Source: a virus
Lineage: Duplodnaviria > Caudoviricetes
Length of the DNA: 59,134 nt
Reading direction: 5' to 3' (one strand)
Virus record (IMG/VR): IMGVR_UViG_3300030060_005339
Coordinates: 1 to 59,134 of that record
Positions 36,701 through 46,655 of the stretch are shown here, in pieces. A model generated the notes under the pieces. It did not search any database. It was not told the DNA's origin and saw only the letters and a program-made list of their open reading frames with translations. Both the position numbers and the translations under genes were made by a program. Every line of letters begins with the position of its first letter. The stretch's first letter is position 1.

Positions 36701-39258
36701 AAGAAGTGCAACAAGAAGCAAGAAAAATTTTACGAGAAGAAGCAGAAGCAAAAGTAGATGAAATTATTAATACAGCTATGTATCAAAATGCGTATGATGT
36801 AATGCACTTAGCTGGTTTAAAAAAACCTCACAATGCAAAAACAGGGTTTTTAAAAGCAGAAGGATTATTATCAGAAAAAGGTTTTATTCCTTATGCAATT
36901 AGACAGTTGATGGGCGAAATAAATGAAGCTAATTTAGTAGCAGCTACGTCTTTTGCTAGAATTGCAAAATTAATTGAAACACAAAATTTTTATTCAGAGT
37001 TAATTAGAATAAATGATATGCCTGGAGAAATGTGGTTTTCTCCCCAACTCATACCAGGTAGTTATGAAGTAAAAATAGAAACAGAAGATTCTTTAAATCC
37101 TTTAAATGGTTACTACACGACTCAAGATATGTATGAAGCTGTGGTGGACAGATACAACCCAGCGGACCACCAAAACATAGTTTGGAATACATACGTTGCA
37201 TTGTTTGGAGGAGCACAAGCTTTAACTCAATATGGAATGATTGTTATAAGTCCAGGAACACAAATGAGAAACATTTATGGCGCAGCCATGATGTTATTAT
37301 TTAATGGCCACGTAGGAGCAGATTATAGTGAAGCTACCCGTGTAATTATGCAGGATATTTTTGGAAACAGTGAAGTTAAAGAAGGAGATCCCGAAGCTTT
37401 AGCTGCTAAACGTAAAATGGACGAGTTAGGTGTAACTACTACAGCTGCTCAACTTGGCGATACTCTTGGTGTATTAAGTCAAATTAGAGATGGAGGTATA
37501 AAAAGCGTAGGGCAATTTGTCGATATAATGTATGCTCTTAGAGAAACACCTGTTGGACAAGGTATTGACAAAACTCTTGGCGCAGCCAACAGACTAGCTA
37601 GAAAAACTTATGCAGCCACAGACGATTATTTTAAAATTCTTGCTTTTGGAAGCGAAAGATTAAAATTAAAAACACTTTTAAATAATCTACAAGATCAAAA
37701 TGGTAATGTTTTACCTGACGAAATAAAATTAAACATATTAAGAGAATTTGCTGAATCCATGACTTCTAAAAGCGACTTTGGAGGCATGGCGTACAGTCAA
37801 AATTTAAGAAATATTTTACGAAACGTAACTACTTTAGAAGATTACATAGACAATCTTGCAGCTTATTTAGTAAGAAATACAATGCCTAACTATGATTATG
37901 TAGGGCGATTTGCTGAGTATATAAGGCTTTTACCTTACGGTAATTTTATTGCGTTTCCTACAGAAATACTTAGAACGTCAGCTAACTCTGCTCTTTTTAC
38001 AAAACGTTTAGCAAGTTACAGAATATCTGATGAATTAATGCAGCAAGGAAACATAGCTAAAGAAACCATTTTGTTGTCTAGAAAAGAAGATCAAGCACTT
38101 TTTAAAGTAAATCCTAGACCATTTAAAAGTATGGCAATGAAAAGATTAATTGGAGGAGCGTTTGCTGGAGGGGGAGCAGTCGCATTAACGCAAACAATGG
38201 GTCAACTTTTATTTAATGTAGATGATGATGAACTAGACGCATTATCTGTTGTAGGAGCTGAGTATTCTAGAAACCAAAATATAATTCCAATGGGATCAAT
38301 TAGATCTAAAGAAGAAGGTGGAGGCACAGTTGGAACAAGTGCTGCATATATAGCTCCTTATGAAAGTTTACACGAACTTTTAAATGTAATTACCAGACAG
38401 TCTTTAAAGGGAGAATACACAGCTGACCCTGTAACACTGGATAATGCTGTAGTTACTTTTGCAATAGAGTTAGCATCTCCTTATACAGACAGATCAATTA
38501 GTCAAAGAGTTATAGACCAACTTAGGATTAATATGGATTTAGATACTTATAAGCCAGTATATCTTGAAGGAGACGACATGGGAGTTCGAGTTATAAAAAT
38601 GGTTAAATTTGCTTTAGATGAAACTCAACCAGGTCTAACACGACAGTTAAGCGATTTAATTTGGTCTTTAGAAGAAGGAGACGCAAGGTTTAACGAATAC
38701 GGTGAAGAAATGTCTGTTATGAGAGCGTTAGCAAAACTAATGGGATTGTCAACAACAAACGTAAACCCAGACAAAAGTTTTCCTTTTGTTCTTAATAACA
38801 GCATTGGAAGATTTAGAAGAGAAGTACCCACAAGTTTTAGGCGAGCGCGAGGCTCAGGAGAAGTTACAGAAGAGATGATTTTAGACATGTTTTATCAATC
38901 TAATTACTACTTTTTTAAAATTCAACAAGAGCTGTATTTTGTTTCTGAACAGTTTAAAAAAGTTAATCTTTCTGATGAACAATATAACAAACAAATGAAA
39001 AGATACGCAGATCAAGCTGGTGTGCCAAAACTTTTTCTCAGTAACATACAACAAGGTGTTTTTACACCTTACATGCCTACTCCAGGAATTGTAAAAAGTT
39101 TTTTTGAAGAAACTGAAAAGAATCAACTTAATCGAACTTGGCCGTTTGACGAAATTAATGATCGACACAAATTTATGATCGACAATAAAATTTCTTTAAC
39201 GGCTAATCCTGATCTGAATCGAGAACTTCGTCTGAATGCTCTAAAGAAGGAAGACTAA
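33769..39258 (+). CDS. Large internal virion / DNA ejection protein (1829 aa)
   Basis: Last and largest gene of the structural operon; VRNTMPNY...GNFIAFPTEILR motif. Confidence 0.75.
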   Translation: MSVSPEELTKEEEEKLQNFFKNSLNLSEEEETIEQTSVEESEQSNYPILDALEQTPVTYSPAGQIALGAARLGKRLYGGFQGLAGSFQRTGAVTAEKLGFQEQAKNLREASDLNREQAAETVYKNKYGDTGLEQFKNLEDENWWIDTIGAVIPGSIPFLTGAATGGYSTLKMTRNPYAALVGAMGGGALAVYAQSYGDAYDEYLEKFPNDIEGASDYAFNVSGLSSLINAASIPLSFIGLGTAPLKHYLIQAMLQGSIGSTDTTTQNYQAKSYGVDPDRDLSTGLAPSFVGEAIAEAPILTSTVRKASEIVERSPEEQAQEIQEQAEAERDNIEDQAERAVKFRLKNIAEKYAERKGLPYDKDIKDLERNELLEIIEEEKLEIRTVPEESSESLYNKIVESIETQAMQERIKHRQRGLVGSKQTLDDLEKEQKMILDEMSPEQLADEIEKDFGSPEVYRSWALDQGALAFDPEESSSNYEQDKAALARAKATVLFDRRRKPLWVVGRDKIDTLVEEYKNQHTVEELREMVYEFYTPEELTLRQGTDTQRAGTQFEDAPALTKGELTADEAALLLAELQGIIDNQNEKLNLTTGTSFLGKRKSFLKRVQFSPQEQTEKELIFKEHIAPNGNALTAKIEVPVPEGSQEKPIVISFRRRGLDVEGTLAEQMASGGANLVAVRAEGVPEEGVIGKTIQELRDSFPESYIKEFEIPINRSPHVRQNGTVDRILGMYNRMARPLMSTGAMVGGRYKQLQGRLKSMDQFAQYIGLEVERAILKAIDKGEVTNKEEADKLLMAFLRKTGARVTLTEEDKSKYKKEIERLERSRYDSDNRGNTARQNQIEDEISRLEIAQEGIQEESVVLQQLPESLRKVAAEVRTGIDSLSQRLLDELPRGFLDAEQRQVIEENLNRYVTRSFAIFEPKLGFNPAFMKKFGTFFENSKKAQELYERGVVAMESELKDNLPDYEARVIRENRTATPEEVQQEARKILREEAEAKVDEIINTAMYQNAYDVMHLAGLKKPHNAKTGFLKAEGLLSEKGFIPYAIRQLMGEINEANLVAATSFARIAKLIETQNFYSELIRINDMPGEMWFSPQLIPGSYEVKIETEDSLNPLNGYYTTQDMYEAVVDRYNPADHQNIVWNTYVALFGGAQALTQYGMIVISPGTQMRNIYGAAMMLLFNGHVGADYSEATRVIMQDIFGNSEVKEGDPEALAAKRKMDELGVTTTAAQLGDTLGVLSQIRDGGIKSVGQFVDIMYALRETPVGQGIDKTLGAANRLARKTYAATDDYFKILAFGSERLKLKTLLNNLQDQNGNVLPDEIKLNILREFAESMTSKSDFGGMAYSQNLRNILRNVTTLEDYIDNLAAYLVRNTMPNYDYVGRFAEYIRLLPYGNFIAFPTEILRTSANSALFTKRLASYRISDELMQQGNIAKETILLSRKEDQALFKVNPRPFKSMAMKRLIGGAFAGGGAVALTQTMGQLLFNVDDDELDALSVVGAEYSRNQNIIPMGSIRSKEEGGGTVGTSAAYIAPYESLHELLNVITRQSLKGEYTADPVTLDNAVVTFAIELASPYTDRSISQRVIDQLRINMDLDTYKPVYLEGDDMGVRVIKMVKFALDETQPGLTRQLSDLIWSLEEGDARFNEYGEEMSVMRALAKLMGLSTTNVNPDKSFPFVLNNSIGRFRREVPTSFRRARGSGEVTEEMILDMFYQSNYYFFKIQQELYFVSEQFKKVNLSDEQYNKQMKRYADQAGVPKLFLSNIQQGVFTPYMPTPGIVKSFFEETEKNQLNRTWPFDEINDRHKFMIDNKISLTANPDLNRELRLNALKKED

Positions 39259-39928
39259 ACTTTTCTACACGCTCCATCCAAGCTTCGGCAGCTCTTTTAA
39301 ACTCGTCACCTTCAAGAATAAATTCTTGATATAAACAATCTACAGAACACATCATAACAACACCTTTCTGTATGTCAGTGCCGTACAGTTCGTTGTGTGC
39401 AAGTGCGTAGGCAGCTAACTGTTGAAAGTAGTCCCACACCCACTGTCTGCGTTTAGGTTTATTGGTCTGTTTGAAGTCCATGATAGACAGATCGTCATTG
39501 TGCACACCGATCACGTCAGCTTTACCTGCATACTTGTCAGGGTAGTACAAAGATATTTCACAACCGTACACCTGTGATACGTTAGGCAAACCTTGATCCA
39601 TAATTGTACAGGCCATCTTGTAGGCACGTTTCTCTTCTGCGTTTCTAGGTTTGAAGTCCCAGATGTCACCGTTGACCAGCTGCTTCTCTAGGATGTCGTG
39701 CATGTACGATCCCCTAGTTGCAGCTTCTGTTCTGATACGCTCCGCTTCTTCCTCACCTACTTTGTCTATCCACTTTTTCAAGAAGTCCCCTTCTTTAGTG
39801 CCTGACAATATGGTGGTAACAGACGGAAGTTTTACACCGTTGCAGTCGTAGAACCGACCGCTGCGCCTGTCTTCGCTGGAGAACACACCGTACTCGTACG
39901 GAGACTCGTACAGTATTTTATGTTTCAT
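39203..39928 (-). CDS. PD-(D/E)xK exonuclease (MGME1/Cas4-like)
   Basis: PSVTTIL...RGSYMH...YAGKAD...MDFKQ...QLAAYA. Confidence 0.88.
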   Translation of the reverse strand: MKHKILYESPYEYGVFSSEDRRSGRFYDCNGVKLPSVTTILSGTKEGDFLKKWIDKVGEEEAERIRTEAATRGSYMHDILEKQLVNGDIWDFKPRNAEEKRAYKMACTIMDQGLPNVSQVYGCEISLYYPDKYAGKADVIGVHNDDLSIMDFKQTNKPKRRQWVWDYFQQLAAYALAHNELYGTDIQKGVVMMCSVDCLYQEFILEGDEFKRAAEAWMERVEKFSLPSLEHSDEVLDSDQD

Positions 39929-39930
39929 AA

Positions 39931-40122
39931 TTAGCTCTTAGGTACGTCATTCAAGCGTCCGCTTTCAAGATCATCTTGTAATCTTTTAACTGCATACGCA
40001 AACACATTGCTAGTAGGCCTTTCAGTTTTTTCACCGATGTCGGCTGCTACTTCAACAATTTCTTTACGTATAGCTACGCTTTTCCATTTAGTTGTATCCA
40101 TTTTTACTCCTGTAGATAACAT
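39931..40122 (-). CDS. Small DNA-binding protein, ribbon-helix-helix-like
   Basis: MDTTKWKSVAI beta-strand followed by helices; the real start may be 40101. Confidence 0.6.
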   Translation of the reverse strand: MLSTGVKMDTTKWKSVAIRKEIVEVAADIGEKTERPTSNVFAYAVKRLQDDLESGRLNDVPKS

Positions 40123-40147
40123 TATACATTACAATCTAAGATATATC

Positions 40148-42016
40148 TTAACTATTCTTAGGTTCCATTGAGTCGCCCCAATTATCTCCAATCTCGGCAT
40201 CTACCTTGTTTGGAACATCCAAAGGCACAGCTTCTTCCATCAAGCGACATATATTCTCTACGTCTTCATCTGATTTGATAGAGAACACTAGCTCGTCATG
40301 GACTTGTAAGAGCGGTAGATAACCCGCTTCATAACAATGGACCATGGCCTGTTTGGTCATATCTGCTGCTGACCCTTGAATTAGTTTATTTAAAGCTTTG
40401 TAAACAAATGCTCTTTTAATTTCACCGTTGTATTCATGCACGGCTTCTTTGTGCTTCATAGGTCTACCCGTTCCATACTTCAAAGGTTCCCACATATCAA
40501 AGTGACAACGCCTTCCTAGTATGGTTTTGATGTAGCCTTTTGAGTTTGCACTACGCATAACAGAATCTGCTAACTGTCTGACAAACGGTGCATACGTATT
40601 GAACTTAGCTAATATCTCTGACGCTTCGTCTACAGTAACACCCAGCTGATCTGCCAGCTTACCTTTGCCCATGCCATACATAATCCCAAGTCCTATTGTC
40701 TTTGCAGTCTTTCTATCGATATCCACAAGGTTAGCAACCTCCTGGTGGAAGTCTGCATCGCCAGCATGGTAAGCATCTGCAATTGCATCTGCACCATCAT
40801 ACTTAGAACGACTGGCATAGTGTGTCAGTATTCTAGGCTCTTGTTGTGAGAAGTCAGCAGAACACCACAGCTCTCCCTCTTCTGGTAAGAACAAAGATCT
40901 AATCAAAGGGCCAATCTCTTTATTACGTGCAGGCACTTGTTGTAAGTTTGGATTGCTCATGGACAACCGACCTGTGACTGTGCCGCCTGACTCACCTTTT
41001 AGCTGACGTATTTCTGCATGTATTCTACCGTTGTGTTCATGCTTCAATATAGAATCAATAAACGTGCTATGTGTTTTGTTTACTTCTCTAGCTTCACGTA
41101 TCAGTTTAGCTATGGGGTGAGAGTGGTTCTCTAGGAACGCTTTCGTAAAGCTGGGCATCCCTGTTGGTGTCCTCAGGTACGTAAGGTTCATTGCATCAAA
41201 TACTTTTGCTAATGAGTTGGCTGCCCACAGTTGTAGTTCCGCAACACCTGATTCTTTTTTTATCTGCTGGACAATATCCTTCTCTCTCTTAATAAGTTGC
41301 TTCTTTAGTGTTTCAGCTCTCTCTAAATCTACACGAACACCCTTTTGTTTCATTGCAAGAATGACAGGAAGCACTCGCATTTCTAAATCAAACACGTTCC
41401 AGAGGTTTTGTTCTTCTAATAAAATCTTGAAGTGATTCCATAATTTAAGCGTGAGGGCTGCGTCCTGTGTTGCATAAGTACCCACATAAGCTGATGGTAA
41501 CCGCCACATCTCAGCCTTAGGATCCAATCCCCACTCCTCCGCAGCAGCATTTAGTTCTGCCTCAGTCTTACCTTCATTTATGTATTCGCGACCCAAAGCA
41601 TTCAACGAATACCAGTATTGATTCTCGTCAATCAAAGGAGCGACTATCATTGTGTCGATAATACGACCGTTTATGGTCACGCCTTCTTTAGTCAACCATC
41701 CAACATCGTAGGTTGAGTTGTGAAATATCTTGTCACTGTTTGTAGCGCAAATCTTTTTAGTAAACTCTAGAACTTTCTTTTTAGAAAAGTTAAATCCTTG
41801 CTCATGTGCAAACGGGAAGTAGTCTTCGTATCCGTCTATTGCAAAAGAGATACCAACAACTTCACCATCGCCTCTAATGTATCCTGGTCCTAGCTCTTTC
41901 AAACCTGGATCTTTAGTCTCAAGGTCAATAGCAATCTCTGTTGCCTGACATAATTTCTCTGTTGGAAAACTATCGGGTGGTATCCACTCCGTTGGGGGCT
42001 TGTAAACAAAACTCAT
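40148..42016 (-). CDS. polA: DNA polymerase family A with a 3'-5' exonuclease domain
   Basis: IDLET (ExoI), TGRLSMSNPNLQQVP, ADFSQQEPR (motif A), AKTIGLGIMYG (motif B), QVHDEL (motif C). Confidence 0.97.
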   Translation of the reverse strand: MSFVYKPPTEWIPPDSFPTEKLCQATEIAIDLETKDPGLKELGPGYIRGDGEVVGISFAIDGYEDYFPFAHEQGFNFSKKKVLEFTKKICATNSDKIFHNSTYDVGWLTKEGVTINGRIIDTMIVAPLIDENQYWYSLNALGREYINEGKTEAELNAAAEEWGLDPKAEMWRLPSAYVGTYATQDAALTLKLWNHFKILLEEQNLWNVFDLEMRVLPVILAMKQKGVRVDLERAETLKKQLIKREKDIVQQIKKESGVAELQLWAANSLAKVFDAMNLTYLRTPTGMPSFTKAFLENHSHPIAKLIREAREVNKTHSTFIDSILKHEHNGRIHAEIRQLKGESGGTVTGRLSMSNPNLQQVPARNKEIGPLIRSLFLPEEGELWCSADFSQQEPRILTHYASRSKYDGADAIADAYHAGDADFHQEVANLVDIDRKTAKTIGLGIMYGMGKGKLADQLGVTVDEASEILAKFNTYAPFVRQLADSVMRSANSKGYIKTILGRRCHFDMWEPLKYGTGRPMKHKEAVHEYNGEIKRAFVYKALNKLIQGSAADMTKQAMVHCYEAGYLPLLQVHDELVFSIKSDEDVENICRLMEEAVPLDVPNKVDAEIGDNWGDSMEPKNS

Positions 42017-43560
42017 ATAACGTACCTGTAATAATCATCTTGGGCTTGTATCAGATATAGGTTTTCTATTGTGCGTGTAACCGCAACATAGAACTGTCTG
42101 TGCAGCCCATCGGGTTGTAACATAGAGGTTCGCTTTTGTGATTTAGATAAATCTAGATACACAGCAACGTTCTCCGCTTCTCCACCTTTTGCCTGATGTA
42201 TAGTTGAAATGACAATTCGTGGTTCTCCTAATAAATCTTCTTCGTTCTTTAATGCTTTCTCTATAAAACTTCTTCTTTCTACGTCTATCGTTTTATCAAA
42301 CACAGTTTGCCATTCTTGACCAAGGCATTCTGTTTTGAGTCCATAGTTATCTATAATCTGTTGCAGTGATAACGACTGCCCTTGGTTTGGAGCCTGAGAA
42401 ACCTGTGTAATAAACCCTCTCTTTACCCCTGTCTTGCCTAAATAACTGTAGAGATCATCTAGCTCTGCTAAAGTAATGTCTTCTTTATTATTTAGTCTTT
42501 CCCAAATCTGTATGGCCGCAACCATCTTTCTAGGTATGTACCGAAAGTTGTTGTGAGCAAAAGCAAAGCCATTGTCTATCAAATACTTTCTAACGTTGTA
42601 CCCTTTAGATGCGTCGGTAAGCATGTAGTCGCAAGACGCAAGCACTAGCCAGTTCCCCTCCCTCAAAGGCAATAAATCTACCGAACTAACTTTACTGACT
42701 GTGCCTGGTTCTTCTCTAGGCCTATACGTTTTAGGTTCTCTAGAAACTATGCGCTTAGATATGCGCTCAGCTATTGGATGTACTTTTCCAGGTATACGGT
42801 AAGACTGGTCTAACACAATGCTTTCACCTGTGTAGTTTACAAAACGCTGTGGCTTTGCTCCGTTCCATTCGTATATAGCCTGATCGTCGTCCCCAGCTAT
42901 GTATGTCTTTTTAGAGTTCAAAGCCAACTTTTCTACTAGCCTCCAGTTGAGCTCTGCCAAATCCTGCGCTTCATCGACAATCAGTAGGTCTAGTTCAGGA
43001 GCCTCACCATCGTCTAAAAATTTGTTTATCATGTCAGCGAACGAGTAGACCACAGGGACTCTAGAAAGCCTGAACGACTCCCAAGCTTCTGCTATGGGCT
43101 CCAACATGTGTGTGACAACACCCTTGCGTTGTTCTTTTTCCAAAGACAAACGTTCTTCTTTTAATGTACGACAGTTTGCTTTTGCACGTTCTATGATATC
43201 GAAATAGGGATCTTGGACCACGGACCTAAGGCCTCTTGCATTAGTGCCATACTTCTTTGTTAAGTTAAACTCATAATCTTCTAAGAAATCAAACACGTCT
43301 CTGCCACCCATCACTTGGGATATACCCATGATGCGTTTGCAGAAAGCATGGCTTGTACAGAAGTAAGGCATTTCATCAAAGCCAAGACCGAATCTTAAAT
43401 GAGCTCTGTTTTTTCCTTCATCAGCTGCTTTTACGGAGAAAGATATAAACGCTATCTTTTCAGGGGCAACACCTTCATCAAGGCTCTTCTCTATGATGTT
43501 CATAAGAGTTGTAGTCTTGCCTGTTCCAGGAGGCCCAAAGTATTTAGTTACTCTTCCCAT
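42013..43560 (-). CDS. UvrD/Rep superfamily 1 helicase
   Basis: GPPGTGKT, VDEAQD, GDDDQAIY, QSYR, STIHQAKGGE, YVAVTR. Confidence 0.95.
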   Translation of the reverse strand: MGRVTKYFGPPGTGKTTTLMNIIEKSLDEGVAPEKIAFISFSVKAADEGKNRAHLRFGLGFDEMPYFCTSHAFCKRIMGISQVMGGRDVFDFLEDYEFNLTKKYGTNARGLRSVVQDPYFDIIERAKANCRTLKEERLSLEKEQRKGVVTHMLEPIAEAWESFRLSRVPVVYSFADMINKFLDDGEAPELDLLIVDEAQDLAELNWRLVEKLALNSKKTYIAGDDDQAIYEWNGAKPQRFVNYTGESIVLDQSYRIPGKVHPIAERISKRIVSREPKTYRPREEPGTVSKVSSVDLLPLREGNWLVLASCDYMLTDASKGYNVRKYLIDNGFAFAHNNFRYIPRKMVAAIQIWERLNNKEDITLAELDDLYSYLGKTGVKRGFITQVSQAPNQGQSLSLQQIIDNYGLKTECLGQEWQTVFDKTIDVERRSFIEKALKNEEDLLGEPRIVISTIHQAKGGEAENVAVYLDLSKSQKRTSMLQPDGLHRQFYVAVTRTIENLYLIQAQDDYYRYVI

Positions 43561-45140
43561 GGTAAAGGTGTTTTCTGTGTTTTAAATTCGTTAGAGTCAA
43601 CGTTGTTTTCGTCTATCTCGTATATGTCTAACATCCAAATCTTTTTGTTACCAACTGTTCTGTCGATGTACTTAGCCATGTTTGTGGCTCCCATGTTTTT
43701 AAGTTCTGTAAACACTTCGGCTTCTTTAATGTGACGCATCTTCTTAAACTCTTGGATAAAAATTACTGCGTCTCTACCTGTAAACCACCACTGTTTAGTC
43801 TTTTCCTCTTCGTATCTAAACACACCGTTAGATGCGATAGACAATCTTGATGAAGACTCAGACAGTCTGCAGAATTCATAAATGGCTTCTTGTAGTAGTC
43901 CTTGTTTTGTCATGTCAGCAGGAACTTCAACTTCTTGCACGTCCTGTAACAGAGCGTTTAGCTTAGCCACCCAATCTGTTTTCTTTACATCAGGAGGACA
44001 TATATTAAGAACCTCCATACATCTTTGTTGATACATAGAGAAGTTGTGCAGTTGTTTTGTGTCTAGCACGATTGTTCTACCATCTACGTCTAAATGCCAA
44101 AGCGGTGGATCAGTTAGATACTTACGCAAACCACCAAAGTTAGGATCACGTTCAGACGCATCGATACCATATCTTCTAGTTACGCAGATACCACTTTGAC
44201 AAAAATCAACCAAAGGTTGTTTACTGCATTGGTATCTGTATTCTGATTTCTCTAGACTTTGTATGATTGTATTAAGCTCACTATGAGACAGAGCTTTTGT
44301 GCAAACTGTTTTGTTTATCTCCTGTAGTTTGTCTTTCCATTCTTCTCCCTCAGGATGCACTTTGCGTAAGAACACACCATAGTTAAGTAGTGCATTGTTG
44401 CGCATACCCTCAGGTATCCCATTTAGTTTCATGTGTATCAAACAAGGAGGAGCTTCGTCCCACATACTGCCTTGCTTAGTAATTTGTTTTTTCCTGCTTT
44501 TCTTTACAGCTATAAATTCGTCTAATTGTTTTTCTGTTACAGATATGTTGTCTACTAGATCAAAAAATTCTTTTATGTCCGCAGCTTCGCCATCAGGTTT
44601 TAGTGCGTATCTTGTTGTGTCTTCTCCTGCAAAGTAAGGCATGTTTAGCCAATTGCCTGTTTGATTTTCTTTTGGTAGTTGTTTAGACCATTCGTATTGT
44701 TTGGGAAAGATTTCGTCTCCTGTTCTCCCCATGGCCGCTGCTATCTCCTCTAGCTTAGCTTGGAACTTGAACGCTGGTATCGGTTCCTTAGTGAATAAAA
44801 ACAAATGTACGCCGCCTGATTTAGTCATACACGGCAACAAAGGCAGACTCATTTCTTCTATCCTTTGTAGTATTTCATTTGTATCGATGGGGTATTCGTC
44901 AACGTCTATACAACCCCATTTGCAAGTTTCATCATCAGTCAATGGTATTACACCAATAGACAGGTCACCTTTTAAATGTTTCTCCCAAAGATCTAATGTA
45001 AGAGGCTCTTGTAGTGTCCGTCCTCTGCCATCTTTCTTAACACCCTTTGCAGTGTTCTTTTGTCCTGTAATTTCATATATACCGTGAGCTCTCTCTAGTC
45101 CTGAGAATACTTGCTTAAATTTGTTTGCAATTTCTTCCAT
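43548..45140 (-). CDS. Primase-polymerase (AEP-like) with a PriCT-like domain
   Basis: WGCIDVD, TKSGGVHLF, WLNMPY, PPC...EGMRNNALL; Cys cluster. Confidence 0.8.
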   Translation of the reverse strand: MEEIANKFKQVFSGLERAHGIYEITGQKNTAKGVKKDGRGRTLQEPLTLDLWEKHLKGDLSIGVIPLTDDETCKWGCIDVDEYPIDTNEILQRIEEMSLPLLPCMTKSGGVHLFLFTKEPIPAFKFQAKLEEIAAAMGRTGDEIFPKQYEWSKQLPKENQTGNWLNMPYFAGEDTTRYALKPDGEAADIKEFFDLVDNISVTEKQLDEFIAVKKSRKKQITKQGSMWDEAPPCLIHMKLNGIPEGMRNNALLNYGVFLRKVHPEGEEWKDKLQEINKTVCTKALSHSELNTIIQSLEKSEYRYQCSKQPLVDFCQSGICVTRRYGIDASERDPNFGGLRKYLTDPPLWHLDVDGRTIVLDTKQLHNFSMYQQRCMEVLNICPPDVKKTDWVAKLNALLQDVQEVEVPADMTKQGLLQEAIYEFCRLSESSSRLSIASNGVFRYEEEKTKQWWFTGRDAVIFIQEFKKMRHIKEAEVFTELKNMGATNMAKYIDRTVGNKKIWMLDIYEIDENNVDSNEFKTQKTPLPWEE

Positions 45141-45155
45141 ACGTACTTAGTAAGA

Positions 45156-45190
45156 AGGCTCCAGCATTGAGTGAGGGAATGCTGGAGCCT
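45156..45190. terminator. 13-bp perfect hairpin between the SSB-like gene and primase (attenuator or processing site)
   Basis: AGGCTCCAGCATT-N9-AATGCTGGAGCCT; only a weak U tail. Confidence 0.5.
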
Positions 45191-45197
45191 AATGAAG

Positions 45198-45986
45198 TTA
45201 GTCTTCCCAATCCTTATTGGACTCAGACTTATCTTCGATTGCGGAGGTCTGCTGACCAGGTAGCTGATCCATTCCTCCATCGGAACAAAACTTAGAGAAT
45301 TCTTCGGCCTCTTTAAAGAGATCAATTTCTTTCTCCTCCAATACCCGTTCCTGCGTAATACTATAGCTATACCACGATCCACGATCATTGGATTCCACTT
45401 GCGTCTTTAGCTTGTACCAATGCGAGTATGCAGGTGGAGTGTAAGCTCCTTTTGCACCTTGCAGTTTGGTTCCCTGTATCAGGGTATTCCAACTACGCGA
45501 GTGTTTAAGTTGTGATCCAGTCATATTGATAACACACCTTTGGGGCGTATCATCAATGAGCGCGTAACCATAATGATTAGCAGTAGTCGTCAACTGAGTT
45601 TCCCCACTTGGCGTAACTAATCTACCTTGGCTATCACGTTGGCATCGATTCAACAGATCAGAGTCTGCAGGATGCACAGTAACAAGTCCTCCACCTTTCT
45701 CACGTAAACGCCACTCGACTAAAGTTTTGTTGTAGTAGACAGGTAGAAATGACAGACCTTCGTCTCCACTTATACAAGTGCTGTTGCCTGAATAGAAGAT
45801 GTCTCCTTCCTCTGCGTCTGCAACATAATCTGCGCTGGCTTTTTGTCTTTGCGGAGACATTGCTTGCACTATGCTGATACGCGGAGTCTTGAGGTCTTCC
45901 GCACCTACATCGCCGAAACCTTTTTCTTCGATGTTTTCAAATAGGGACGTTAAGGATGTCCCCTCTCCATTTTTCTTCGTTGCCAT
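45198..45986 (-). CDS. Putative single-stranded DNA-binding protein
   Basis: DLKTPRISIVQAMSP...MTGSQLKHSRSWN; acidic C-terminal tail; replication module context. Confidence 0.6.
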   Translation of the reverse strand: MATKKNGEGTSLTSLFENIEEKGFGDVGAEDLKTPRISIVQAMSPQRQKASADYVADAEEGDIFYSGNSTCISGDEGLSFLPVYYNKTLVEWRLREKGGGLVTVHPADSDLLNRCQRDSQGRLVTPSGETQLTTTANHYGYALIDDTPQRCVINMTGSQLKHSRSWNTLIQGTKLQGAKGAYTPPAYSHWYKLKTQVESNDRGSWYSYSITQERVLEEKEIDLFKEAEEFSKFCSDGGMDQLPGQQTSAIEDKSESNKDWED

Positions 45987-46008
45987 TTTTTACTCCTTCT
46001 TTCTTCGT

Positions 46009-46581
46009 TCAACGATTAATTTTAGTGCGCTTGCCTTGATACACAGAAAACTTCTTCTGTATGTCTTGGTCAAACTCACCGTTACCTGATTCTATTTGTT
46101 CTTTAACAAATGCTTTCAGGGTGCTTGGATGCACTGCTTCCTTTTCCTCAGGTATAAACCCTTGTTTGGAAAGCGATGCCACCAATTCTTTTGCGAGATT
46201 ATCCTCACCCTGACCAAACGAAAGTGTCATGGTGTTCTTGATAATATCTCCGTGTCCGTTTTCTCTGAGCCAGTTGTGCGCATCTTCTAAATTAGCTGCG
46301 GATATTCTGGCACTGTAGAATGGTTCAGCTGATATACGTGAACCATCATTTAGTCTAAGGTCTGACACACCAAGTTGTGTAAGTCTGTCAGGTATAAGTT
46401 GTTCTGAAAGTTCTCTCTGCTGATCTTTCAGTCGTTTTAATCTTTCTTCTGTGTTGCCTACCTCAGCTTCTACTCGTAAAAGTTTTTGACATAAATCACT
46501 GAGGTCCTTAATAGAGTCTTCTGATATTTCCTCTACTGCTTTTGTTGTGCTCTCTTCAAAGAGATCTTTGATGTTTGACAT
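46009..46581 (-). CDS. Conserved replication-module protein (WLRENGHGDIIKN...VHPSTLKAFVKE)
   Basis: 190-aa ORF with RBS. Confidence 0.85.
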   Translation of the reverse strand: MSNIKDLFEESTTKAVEEISEDSIKDLSDLCQKLLRVEAEVGNTEERLKRLKDQQRELSEQLIPDRLTQLGVSDLRLNDGSRISAEPFYSARISAANLEDAHNWLRENGHGDIIKNTMTLSFGQGEDNLAKELVASLSKQGFIPEEKEAVHPSTLKAFVKEQIESGNGEFDQDIQKKFSVYQGKRTKINR

Positions 46582-46617
46582 TTCTCACTCCTTCTTTTTT
46601 TCGTTATCAACTTAAAG

Positions 46618-46655
46618 TTGCCAAGGCATAATACCATCTATATAATATATTGCAA
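46618..46655. promoter_or_regulatory. Overlapping divergent sigma70 promoters
   Basis: + strand TTGCCA-N17-TATAAT (46618-46646); - strand TTGCAA-N16-TATTAT. Confidence 0.6.

Noticed and set aside
39203-39928. Cas4 / CRISPR association
   Set aside because: Stand-alone PD-(D/E)xK exonuclease in a replication module, lacking the four-Cys pattern of Cas4 and with no array.
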